This document shows positions 1 to 12,327 of a stretch of 64,000 nucleotides of DNA, piece after piece. The position numbers and the translations under genes were made by a program. The stretch is from NCBI GenBank assembly GCA_964016885.1, contig OZ024745.1:12710001-12774000 (forward strand), given 5' to 3'. Source of the DNA: Eledone cirrhosa (lineage: Eukaryota). The notes below the pieces were generated by a model. The model was given only the letters and a program-made list of their open reading frames with translations. It made no database searches and had not been told where the DNA came from. Positions within the stretch are counted from its first letter, which is position 1; each line of letters begins with the position of its first letter.

Positions 1-90
1 ATAACACTAACAGTAACACAGTCATTAACAATAAACTTACCATTAACTGTAAAACTTACCTTAACACTAACCCTAAATCTAACATTAATC
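1..90. repeat. Degenerate (CCCTAA)n telomere-like tract
   Basis: 6-nt periodicity, e.g. taacactaaccctaaatctaac. Confidence 0.5.
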
Positions 91-144
91 CAGCTATAGA
101 AGATAGGCATTATATTTTAAAGATTTTAAGTTAGAGAGAATCAC

Positions 145-2330
145 GCTATACCATACAACACAATAACACAACACACCACACTAACCTACACAACACCAAA
201 CCAGATGATACCATATCCTGGTAAATTTACGATAGGTTTCCATGTCATAACTTCACCAAACAAAAACCTCACCATACCAAACTACACCAAACCAAACCCC
301 ACCATACCAAACAACACCATACTACATTACACCATGCTATTGATCTCAGTGTGAAAAATTTTCTTCCTGTTTTTTTTTTGTGTGTGTGCTTATCACCCGA
401 TTTGACATGAAAGGTGCTCACAATTGACTATTTTTTTGCAAATTACCCCAAACTACCCCAAACCACAAGATACCAAACCACACCATACCAAACTACACCA
501 TACAACATCATACTGTGGTAAATTTATTCAAGAACACCTACTCCTTGATCTCAGTATGAAACATTTTCTTTCGTTTATTTATTTATTTTTTTTTTTTTTG
601 TGTGGTTACCACCCAATCTGACATCAAAGGTGCTCGCAAATGACTATTTTTTGCACATATTATCAATGAATATGACATAGAAACTTGTCAAAAATGACTA
701 GCTTTGTAGAAAAAAGAGGGTGGAAGTGGGTGGAAATACCATTTACAAAGCTAGTCATTTTTGATTGCAGTTGAAGTCATATTTGTTGTTTAGTCAACTG
801 CAAGCATCTTGGCAGTTGGATTGGTTAATAGCACATGGAAAAAACAGAGGAAAAATTTGTTTCTGATTTAAATCAAAGTGGAAATTAAAGTCCTTACTTT
901 ATAGGGAAACACATTATAACAAAGCAGACCACACCACATTAAACTACCCCACACCATACCAAACTACATCATACTACATCACACCATGGTAAATTTATTG
1001 CAGATCACCTACTCCTACCATTCCCATCACACAATGGTATTTACATCAATGTGACAAATTTTCTTCCCTCTTTTTTTTTCCCTTTTTTTTTTGTGTGTGA
1101 TTACCACCCAATCTGACATCAAAGATGATGGCAATTGACTATTTTCTCACACATTATCAATGAATATGTCATGAAAACCTATCGTTTACTATTGGTTTCC
1201 ATGTCATAACTTCACCAAACCAAACCACACCATACCAAACTACACCAAACCATACCAAACTACACCAAGCCAAACCACAGAATACCAAACTACTACATCT
1301 CACCATACTATTGATCTGTGTGAAAAATTTTCTTCCTGTTTTTTTTTTTGTGTGCTTACCACCCAATTTGACATCAGAGGTGCTCACAATTGACTATTTT
1401 ATGCACATATCAATGAATTTGACATGGAAACTTGTCAAAAATGACTAGCTTTGTAGAAAAAAGAGGGTGGAAGTGGGTGGAAATACCATTTACAAAGCTA
1501 GTCATTTTTGATTGCAGTTGAAGTCATATCTGTTGTTTAGTCAACTGCAAGCATCTTGGCAGTTGGATTGGTTAATAGCACATGGAAAAAAACAGAAGAA
1601 AAATGTTTTTCTGACTTGATTCAAAGTGGTAATTAAAGTCCTTACTTTATAGGGAAACACATTATAATAAAGCAGACCACACCACATTAAACTATCCCAA
1701 ACTTTACCATACTACATCATATCATGGTAAATTTATTGGAGAACACCTACTCCTACCATTTACATCATACCATGGTCTTGACATAATTTTTTTTGTGTGG
1801 TTACCACCCAATCTGACATCAAAGGTGCTTGCAATTGACTATTTTCTCACACATTATCAATGAATATGTCATGAAAACCTATCGTTTACGATTGGTTTCC
1901 ATGTCATAACTTCACCAAACCAAACCACACCATACTAAACTACACCAAACCCAAACTATAACAAACTACACCAAGCCAAACCACAGAATACCAAACTACA
2001 TCATACTACATTACACCATGTTATTGATCTGTGTGAAAAATTTTCTTCCTGTTTTTTGGGGGGTTTTTTTTCCTCTGTCTGCATGTGTGCATGTGCGCGC
2101 GCGCGCGTGTGTGTGTGCTTACCACCTAATCTGACCTCCAAGTTGCTTGCAATTGCCTTTTTTTCACATATCAATGAATGTGACCTTGAAACTGTGGGAA
2201 ATGACTAGCTTTGTCGAGAAATGAGGGCGGCAAGTGGGAGGAAAAACGATTGACAAAGCTATTCATTTTTTATGGCAGTGCATATCATAGTCGTTGAGAA
2301 TATGCAAAAAGAATACTTGATTGCGTGCAT
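145..2330. repeat. Complex tandem repeat (~750 bp period, ~3 copies) with ACCAC/ACTAC pentamer sub-repeats and an internal hairpin
   Basis: atgactagctttgt recurs at ~694, ~1441 and ~2201; ggtttccatgtcataacttcaccaaac recurs at ~235, ~1194 and ~1894. Confidence 0.8.
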
Positions 2331-2424
2331 CTTGGAGGTCAGATAAGTTGAAAGCACATGAAAAACAAAGGAAAACAAATTTTCCAGCTAAAATTGTTCT
2401 ACCTGTCTGTCTACCTACCTACCC

Positions 2425-2545
<121 letters not shown>

Positions 2546-2803
2546 AAGGTTAAAGAAGGTTCAATGAATAAATCAAAGAATGAGTTTTACAATAGATTGG
2601 AAGCATATTTAAATTATTAAACTGTTATATTGCTACCATGTATTTTTAAAATTTTCTCACACGTACCCTCTCTATTGTATGTATTATCTTTTTCTCATGT
2701 TTTCAATATTAAGGTATATAAATATTGGATTTTGTCATATATTATTCACTACCACGACTGAATCTTAACCATCTACCATGTCAGGGTATGTCATGCATCA
2801 TCT

Positions 2804-2869
2804 TATTTTGTCTGATGAGGACATACTGTTGAAGTTAACTCAGACCTCTGAAATATTTATAATAAAATA
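2804..2869 (+). ncRNA. Type I hammerhead ribozyme motif, family A
   Basis: Stem I TATTTTGT/ATAAAATA, core CTGATGA (2812), imperfect stem II, GAAA (2850), short stem III, then UA. The host element lies between (TA)n tracts and has a homolog on the minus strand at 56695-56761. Confidence 0.6.
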
Positions 2870-2917
2870 TACTTGATCACAAGAATATCTATTTTGTTAA
2901 TATTTCGAATTAATATA

Positions 2918-2986
<69 letters not shown>

Positions 2987-2989
<3 letters not shown>

Positions 2990-5137
2990 GCGACAGACAA
3001 GATTTGTGGTTGGAGCAAGATGACAGGGAGGAGGAGAGTGACTTGGTGATGGAACAATAAGGTAGAATGGGGGAAGCAGGGTACATTACATAGAGACAGG
3101 AGGGAAACTAGGCGATAAGTATACTTAGCTAGAAGGGAAGCGGAGGATAGAAAATTGAAGCATGTTTTGCAGCGTGGGGACCAGAAACAGGAGGTGTTCA
3201 GGATCGCAAGGCAGTGTGTCAGAGAGAATTGTGATGTCATTGGAGAGAAGTGTATCCGGAATGATAAAGGTGAGCTTGCCCTCACAAGTGCCGAGAAGAA
3301 AGCTGCGTGGAAGAGCCATTGTGAAAGATTATTAAATGAGGAGAATGCATGGGAGAAAGAGACTCTACTCCAAGTGGACCCTATAGAGGGGCCAGCAGTA
3401 CAAGTCAGCAGCAGTGTAGTAAGTAAGGCAATCAAAGATATGAAGACTGGGAAGGCAACCAGTCCAACGGGTATAGCTGCCAAGATGCTGAAAACAATTG
3501 GATCGGTAGGTCACACTAGATCCACACATATTGTTAACCAGGTAATACTAGAGTGTGTCATACCAAAGGATTGGCACAGCAGCATCATTGTCAACTGCTA
3601 CGAGGATAAAGGAAATGCACTAGATAGAGGAAACTAGAGCTATAAAGCTGATGGACCAGGTCATGAAAGTAACGGAGAGAGATATAGCACAGTTGATTAG
3701 GGACTGGGTAAAACTTGATGAGATGCAGTTTGGGTTTGTGCCAGGAAGAGGCTCCACTGATGCCCTCTTCTTTGTGAAGCAGTTACAGGAAAAGTATCTA
3801 GTTAAAAGTAAGCCTCTCTACCTGGCATTTGTCGATCTGGAAAAAGCCTTCAATAGAGTGCCCCATGCTATAATCTGGTGGGCTCTTAGAAAACTAGGAG
3901 TAGATGAATGGCTTGTGAAAGCTGTACAAACCATGAATAGGGGGGCAGTCAGCAAAGTTAAGGTTAACAATGACTATAGCGAGGAATATAGCATACAGGT
4001 CGGTGTCCACCATGGCTCTGTTCTTAGCCCTCTCCTGTTCATTATAGTATTGCAGGCAATAACAGAAGAGTTTAAGACTGGATGCACATGGGAACTCCTG
4101 TATGCGGATGATCTCAGACTTATAGCTGAATCTATGGTGGAACTAGAGAAGAAATATCAAACATGGAAGAAGGGACTAAAAAGAAAGGGTCTCAAAGTCA
4201 ACTCGACAAAGACTAAGGTCCTCGTAAGTAGATGAGAAAACAGATCCCAGATCCCCTCAGGGAAGTGGCGTTGCTCAGTATATAGGAAAGGTGTAGGTAG
4301 GAACTCCATCCTCTGCCCCAAATGCAAACAATGGGTACACAAGAAGTGTAGTGGGATCTCAGGAAGCTTAGCTAAGAATGTAGGATTTACATGTAGCAGC
4401 TGCACCGGGACAGCAAGCAGCAAACAGCCACAGGAAAGAAGCACCTCCAAACTCTGGGAGGACTCAGTAGAAACAGTAGACAGCTTTTGCTACCTAGGTG
4501 ACCAAATTAGCAGTGGAGATGGGTGCTCGGAAAGTACAATAACTAGGGTAAGAATGGGAAGGAAGAAGTTCAGGGAGCCACTGCTAACTGCTAAAGGCTT
4601 TTCCCTCAAAATGAAAGGCAGACTGTATGATGCGTGCATTCGAACAGCAATGTTACATGGTAGTGAGACATTATATCTAGAATAAGGACAGGTTGGAAGA
4701 AGTTTAGGGGGCTGCTTCCTCTGTTGACGAAGAAAGGTTTCTCCCTGTGTACGAAAGGTCGGTTATATGATGCATGTGTGAGACACACTGCTGCATGATA
4801 CGACCAAGCATAGATGAGTTGAGAGAGAAACTACGTATAAGAGGGATAAGTTATAGTGTGCGGGAGAGAAGACTGCAATGGTATGGACATGTGATGCGCA
4901 TGGAGGATGACCGCTTGGTAAAGTGCCAAGAAAACCCAGTAGAAGGAAGATGTGGTAGAGGAAGACCACGGAAAACATGGGCGGAGGTGGTGAGAGCAGA
5001 CCTCAGATTGCTGGAGCTCGCGGAGGAGATGACGAAGGACCGTGACAAATGGAAAGATGCTGTGCTGAATAGGACCCGTCCCACACTTGCAAGCAGGGAA
5101 AAGTGGACGTAAAATGTTGATGATGAATGATGATGAT
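2987..5137 (+). mobile_element. 5'-truncated RTE-clade LINE, RT pseudogene with (GAT)n tail
   Basis: Motifs QFGFVPGRGSTDA, LAFVDLEKAFNRV, GVHHGSVLSPLLF, LLYADDL, RLQWYGHVMR and GRGRPRKTW; several stops and frameshifts; gatgatga tail. Confidence 0.92.
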
Positions 5138-5185
5138 ATATATGTTTATATGTATGTATATGTATATACATATGTATGCATGTAT

Positions 5186-5239
<54 letters not shown>

Positions 5240-5240
<1 letters not shown>

Positions 5241-6740
5241 ATGTGGATAGTGCACAATGTGGATAGTGTTGCCTTATCTGAAACAAGAGGGTCATACCAC
5301 TGAGATGTCCAGTGGCTATATGTTTTACTGGAGTGGCAGAGCAGCAGGGTGCAAAAGGGAGGAAGGTGTGAGTTTTGCAGTGAAAACATCTTTGGTGTCG
5401 ACACTTGACCAGTTTTCAAGTGGCGTCAGTGATCATCTCATGTCAATGAGAATTCCTCTGATGTACAATCGGTACCTTACCATTGTCAGTGTATATGCCC
5501 TGACGATGAACTCCAATGAAGACGAGAAACTCACCTTTTACAGGTCTTTGAAGGAACTTGTCAAAAAGATTCCTTCAGCAGACAAAATTGTCATACTTGG
5601 TGATTTCAAAGCACGTGTTGGCAGGGATTACGAGACTTGGGATGTGATCGGCAGGCATAGCATGGGAAAATGTAACAGCAATGGTCTCCTCTTGCTACAG
5701 ATGCGTGTGGAGTTAGATTTGTTCATTGCAAGCACGATGTTCCAGCAAAAGGATAAGTTCAAGACAACATGGATGCATCCTGGGTCGAAAATGAGGCATC
5801 TAATCGACTATGTTCTTGTGAAGAAATGTGACGCAGAATATCAAGTATGTGTGTATTCTGCGTGGTGCAGAGTGCTGGACAGACCATCGTCTGGTGCGTG
5901 CCAAGGCAAACTTTGTGATCAAACCTCAAACAAGAGCAAATGGTGTAAAAATTCCAAAGCCCTTGAATATGGATTGTATGAAAGATAAGGGTGTCAAGGA
6001 AGAGCTGAGTTGCAGGCTTGAAAGCATTGATCGTGCGAACAACTGGAATGACTTCAGGAGCTCAGTCTATGAGGCTTCAGCTGAGGTCTTTGGCTTTGTC
6101 ACAAGAAAACACAAGGACTGGTTTGATGAGAATAACAGGGAGGTCAAGGCTCTGCTGGACAGAAAACAAAAAGCACTTGATGCAGTTCTTAAAGGTGGTA
6201 GCTCTATTGGTGACAATTATGAGTGTTACAGACATGTAAAGAAGGAGATGCAGGTGAAACTCGGGCCAGGCAAAATACCTGATAGAGCAACAAAGCAGAT
6301 GAGGTTCAAGCGGCTTCTGATGGCAAATATGTGTAACTGCTGCTTTCTCTATTCAGAGAGGTGTATGGTCCTTTTAGCTCACCAGTGATACCATTGAGAT
6401 CAAAAGATGGCAAGCAGTTGCTGCACGATACAAAAGACATACTCGACAGATGGAGAGATCACTTTGATGAGCTCTTAAACCAGCCATCCCAGGTTGATGA
6501 TGATTTCATTTGCTCCATTCCTATTGAACCAGTGAAGCATATGAGATGGCTAATGTATCTTCTCTTGCAGAGGTGACTTTTGCTGTGGTAAGTCTCCTGG
6601 TATGGATGGTCTGAGTGCAGAGATTTTGAAGTGCGGTGGTGAAAACTTCATGCAGCACCTGACCTCATGAAACAGGTGTGGGAAGATGAGAATGTCTCAC
6701 AAGATTGGAAGGATGCACTCATGGTGATTCTCATGGTGAA
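5240..6740 (+). mobile_element. RTE-clade LINE fragment (APE endonuclease and linker), pseudogene
   Basis: GVSFAV, TIVSVYA, VILGDFKARVG, TTWMHP, HLIDYVL, CWTDHRLV, DWFDEN and RWRDHFDELLN, with frameshifts. Confidence 0.9.
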
Positions 6741-6742
6741 CT

Positions 6743-7324
6743 GAGTTTGAATCCCTAAAACTCGAGAAGTACCCAACCGACTTTTTTCAAACTTTACATG
6801 TGTATTACTTATGTTTCACGGAGTGTTATGCATATAAAAAATTCAACTTTTTGATCCCCTAGGGCCCACATTAGTTGAAAAACTGCGATTTTTCAGGTTT
6901 TAGGTTTTTTTTTAGTCGTTACGTCAGAATGATTTCCTTGAAATTGTAACTATCTATTAATCAGTCTCTTCTTCATACCGTGAGCAAAGAAAATCCAACT
7001 TTTTTATGGCCTAGGACCCGCATTAGGTGAAAAACTTCATTTTTTCAGCTTTTTAGGGCCTTCTAGCCGATTTTCCCGAAATTTCAAGGCATATTATTCA
7101 CATAAAAAAAATTCATTTTCTTGATCCCTAGGGCCCGCATGAGGTGAAAATCTGCATTTTTCCTGCTTCATCGAGGGAAATCTTAAAGATTATCCAGCCA
7201 TCAGAATATTCGGTTTATTTTCTTTACATATTGTCCAGGCATGCAGTTTTTCCATGATTAGGTCTGTTGGCGGCCCGCGTTCCAAAATACCTTATCCCGT
7301 GCAACGCCGGGTACCACTGCTAGT
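6743..7324 (+). mobile_element. Non-autonomous Helitron-like element (3' part)
   Basis: Ends in the GC hairpin cccgtgcaacgccggg followed by CTAG-T. The homologous copy at 24560 shows a TCTATATATATAAAA 5' end followed by (TG)n. Confidence 0.7.
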
Positions 7325-7517
7325 ATGTAATATGAGGTTATTTCCCTTCAACAGTGTTTGTCAATATTAATTCTCTAATGTATAGATTCTTTTCTTTTCT
7401 CCTTTCCTCATAATCTTTTAATTCATATTTTATAATGAAAGTTTTGAACCAATATGAGAATTTTTTTTCAGTAGAAACAATAGTTTATAACTTTGCCTAT
7501 TAATCCGTATGGTGAGC

Positions 7518-8220
7518 AAATGGGGTCCCATATGCTGGCCTCCCCATATCCCCAGCAGACAGGATGGAGAAGATGTTTCCCCGGAAGACGGTCAGGGAGA
7601 TGCGCTGGAAGAACCATTCCAACTCGCGAGGCGCACACCTGCGGCTGGCCAGCTCAGCACCTATGGTGGTGAATGGGAGGTAGTCCTAGGGCCAAGGACA
7701 CCAGACGTCTCCACAACCAAGGGCACGACCGCGAATCTGTTGGGGATCGACCGGTATTTGGAGAATTTGGCCTCCTCAGCCCGACGTGCAGCAGTACCTG
7801 GGTTAGTCGCAGACTGCACCAGGTAGCGGCTGGAGAAAGTGTCGCTGCAAGTGGCATCCCAGACGAGGGATTTGCCACCGCGGAACGGAAGATGGTCATC
7901 CACTCGATCCAGCCCCATCGGCTCGAGTTGGGAGGGGAAGCCTACAGCGTCCAAGCCATGCTCAATGACCTTGTTGAGGGCAGCATGGCGTGTAAGGCGG
8001 CTGGCACTGTGGCGACAGGAAAGCAGGGTTTGGAGGCCGCGCGAAAACAGGCAAGGGGGTGCTGGTCGAGCTGGCGCGGGAGGCTGTTGAGGCCAGGCTG
8101 CACTGGATGGTATCCCATAAGCTTTGGGGGAGAAGGAGGAGGGACGTCTACTGGTGTAAGTCCCAGCCTGTCCCACGTCTCATAGGCGACTTCACGCTCC
8201 CTGAACACAGAGGGTTCTAT
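7518..8220 (-). mobile_element. 3' fragment of a CRE-like non-LTR retrotransposon (restriction-like endonuclease domain)
   Basis: RHAALN...LEPMGLDR...GKSLVWDATCSDT...AARRAEEAKFSKY...VPLVVETSGVLGP, the RLE (PD-D/ExK) signature. Confidence 0.8.
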
Positions 8221-8271
8221 TATTTGCTCAAATAATTATAAATAATAAAATACTCAAAATTACATATGTAA

Positions 8272-8392
8272 ATAATTGTTTCTACTTTTGGCAAAAGGCC
8301 AACAATTATCCCAGTGCATTACTGGTACTTTATTTTATCGACCCCGTAAGGATGAAAGACAAAGTTAACCTCGATGGGATTTGAACTCAGAC
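8272..8392 (-). mobile_element. tRNA-derived SINE fragment (family 1)
   Basis: actggtactttattttatcgaccccgtaaggatgaaag...gggatttgaactcag (B-box on minus strand); many copies in the window. Confidence 0.8.
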
Positions 8393-9369
8393 TGTACATA
8401 TGTAAATAATATTATATTCTTCTATACCGGGTTTGATTACTTTAACAATTTACATACAAAAAAAAACCAAACTAAAAAACCAAAACCAAAACAAAAAAAA
8501 ACCCGTTGAGCGGAATCGAACTCCCATTTGAAAGATGGTGAACAGCGGCGCTACAAATGTACCACAGTGGGAACGCTTCTTTGTTTCTCATTTTAGGGCT
8601 AATATATTGCACGATTTTAACAAGGAAGCGTTCAACCTGTGTGTGTATGTGCGAGGAAGATTAAAAATATAACTGAAAGTTATTTCTTTTTCTTAGGTTG
8701 TATGCTGTTTAAAACGCCCATAATTTGATGAGACGATCTAAAAACTGTACTAACTAGGCAATTTGATTTTCTGTTGGATTTTATAAAGGAATTCGATACA
8801 AAAAATATCTGTAGTCTGTATCGGACTCACCCTTGACGTGAGGAGAATAACTGCGCTACTACGGTACCACGGCGCCAATCGCCAGTATAGATCTTATTCT
8901 GAATACTTACCCTTGCGTCCAGAGTAACCGTCGATTTTTGTTGGGTTTCTTCATGAGTGACACTCAGAAGTCTCCCCCTATTGCGGAATATTCTTTTGCT
9001 TAAATTCTTTACCTTTGTTATTTTTAAGATTTTTTTTTTACACGAAAACACCTACAATATTTCATCCTGTACCAGTGGTCACGTAGCAGAAGGCACCCAG
9101 AGAACGAACGTTTGGGTCCCTGGCAAGCGAGAAGGACCCTCCTAAGCTCGACGATGTTGATCGACGTAGTTTGAGGAAGCATTAAACAGGATCGCTGTCT
9201 CGTCTGGGTGGCAGTGAATGGCTGAAGCTGCACAGGCGAGGGGAAGAGGCAGCTGCTACAGCGTCACATTAAGAAAGCATTTGAAGTTTGTCGTGTAAGA
9301 TAGAAACAAGAGAAGTGGTGAAACATACCGCACCCTGGACATTTGCAGGCTTCCTATCTTTTTTAAGTA

Positions 9370-9458
<89 letters not shown>

Positions 9459-9650
9459 CACACATAACATACATATATATTATATATACATGGACACACT
9501 GGAAGAAGAAGACCAAGGTTAACGTATGTTGATGCCCTAAGGACAGACACTGGTCTGTTGGAGACGCAGGACATGGCAGCGATAATGAGGGACAGAGACC
9601 GCTGGAGAGAACTCGTCCATGGATCTCGGGAATTTTACCCACCCTAGATA

Positions 9651-9710
<60 letters not shown>

Positions 9711-9774
9711 AGAGAAGTGGTGAAAAATACCACACCCTGAATATTTCCAGGCTTCCTATCTTTTTTAAGTAATA

Positions 9775-11088
9775 CATACATGGTGGCTGCCAACTCGTTT
9801 TCGAGTACTGCCACTACTTTATATCCATGTAGGAGAACCCCTACCGATGCGCTGAACGAGTGTGACTTTTTAGTCCAGCCAGCAACTTGAAAACTCTGGT
9901 ACAAACACTACACTTGTGACAATTATTGACACATAGAGCTAGGCCCATGGTACCATGTGACGACAAGTGCAGAGAGATCTCCAGATATAAAGCAATGCCT
10001 GTGCCGTGAAGCTTTTATAGTGAACAAAGGCACTGCACAAAGCCAGTCCCACTCTCTTAACCAAGATGATATTTACCAAAAAGAAGAACAAGTCAACATC
10101 ATTGGATACCGTCAGGGTTGCAGGTGTTATATCAGAGTTTTCCTTCTCTTAGAATTCTGCCTTGACAAAGGCTAAGGGGTCATCACTCCCGGTGATTTTG
10201 GATGGCCATTGACTCTTAAGAGATCCTTTTCCCTTTGACAGGTTTTGTTTTTAGTCCTGCAGGATGTCCAAAGTCACCCTCCTCACCAAGAAACCTTGGT
10301 AGGGTTGCCAGTTTAGTCGCCAACGACCCGACCATAAGACAGGTTGTACTGGGATCCATGTTACCAATAGCACCAACTGGTGACCTGACATACATACATA
10401 CATGGTGGCTGCCAACTCGTCTTCGAGTACGACCACTACTTTATATCCATGTAGGAGAACCCCTACCGATACGCTGAACGAGTGTGACTTTTTAGTCCAG
10501 CCAGCGACTTGAAAACTCTGGTACAAACACTACACTTGTGACAATTATTGACACATAGTGCTGGGCCCATGGTACCATGTGAGGACAAGTGCAGAGAGAT
10601 CTCCAGATATAAAGCAATGCCTGTGCCGTGAAGCTTTTATAGTGAGCAAAGGCACTGCGCAAAGCCAGTCCCACTCTCTTAACCAAGATGATATTTACCA
10701 AAAAGAAGAACAAGTCAACATCATTGGATACCATCAGGGTTGCAGGTGTTATATCAGAGTTTTCCTTCTCCTAGAATTCTGCCTTGACAAAGGCTAAGGG
10801 GTCATCTCTCCCTGTGATTTTGGATGGCCATTGACTCTTAAGAGCTCCTTTGCCCTTTGACAGGTTTTGTTTCTAGTCCTGCAGGATGTCCAAAGTCACC
10901 CTCCTCACCAAGAAACCTTGGTAGGGTTGCCAGTTTAGTCGCCAACGACCCGACCATGAGACAGGTTGTACTGGGATACATGTTACCAGTAGCACCAACT
11001 GGTGACCTGACATACATACATACATACATACATACATACATACATACATACATACATACATACATACATACATACATACATACATACA
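9775..11088 (-). mobile_element. Two head-to-tail copies of a ~620 bp non-coding element bounded by (CATA)n, possibly LINE-derived
   Basis: Unit tggtggctgccaactcg...ggtgacctga starts at ~9781 and ~10403; a single copy is at ~27481-28135. Confidence 0.6.
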
Positions 11089-11090
11089 CA

Positions 11091-11148
<58 letters not shown>

Positions 11149-11294
11149 CTCTACGGTTCTTATATATTTGATATATATTTATCCTTGCCATTCTGAGGTT
11201 AACTTTGCCTTTCATCCTTACGGGGTCGATAAAATAAAGTACCAGTAATGGACTGGGTAATTGCTGGTCTTGTGCCAAAAGTAGAAACAATTAT

Positions 11295-11332
<38 letters not shown>

Positions 11333-12224
11333 ATAATATATTATATATATATATATATACATACACACACACTCACACACAAATAACATACATACACATA
11401 TGTATGTATATTATTGAACCCTGAACGTTTCTTATCTTTTTTAAGTAATACATACATACATATATTATACACATAAGTGGTGAAACATACCACACCCAGA
11501 ACATTTCAAGGCTTCCTATCTTTTTAAAGTAATATATACCTATATATATATTATTTCAGAGTAAAAAACAATTTATTCAAATTAATTTATAATTTCCATA
11601 CCTGTCGGGACTCAGGAAATAGTGAAATATTTTTTTGCAAATTTCAGTTAAGTGAAAGAAATATTTTGTTTATATAAATATATATGTATATACATAATAA
11701 AGTAAAAGGTCTGTACAAGTTTTTGTTTTCTCAGCGAAATAGTTTACTTTTCTAACGAAACAAATTTCAGTTTTCGAAAGTTAAACAACGCCATTACAAC
11801 CAGCCAACATTTTGTTACTATGTTAGTTGCATTCCAACCAGTCTAACGCTTTGTGTTGTTGCTATTATCAACGATCTTTCTTAGTTAAAATAAACGGTTT
11901 AAAATATATAGAAGACATTTTATTTCTTATATCACTTTTTACTTCTGGAATTAGTCTTACTATTCGAGCGGAGAATTACTTCAAATTCTGTTCAACATCT
12001 CAGCTTCTATTCTTCGGTTTCTTGGGACTGTTTTTCAATCAAACCTACCCCAAGTCTCACACACACACATATATAAAATCCAAAGCGGGCTCGATAAGGA
12101 TAAATATTAAGAACCCTAGAGCAAATATTTATATATAAAAGCAGATTAAAGTTTTGTCATACCGGTAACCGGATAGTACTTACTACCCGTCATATTTATA
12201 GTTGTATTAAACAGATATAAATAA

Positions 12225-12327
<103 letters not shown>

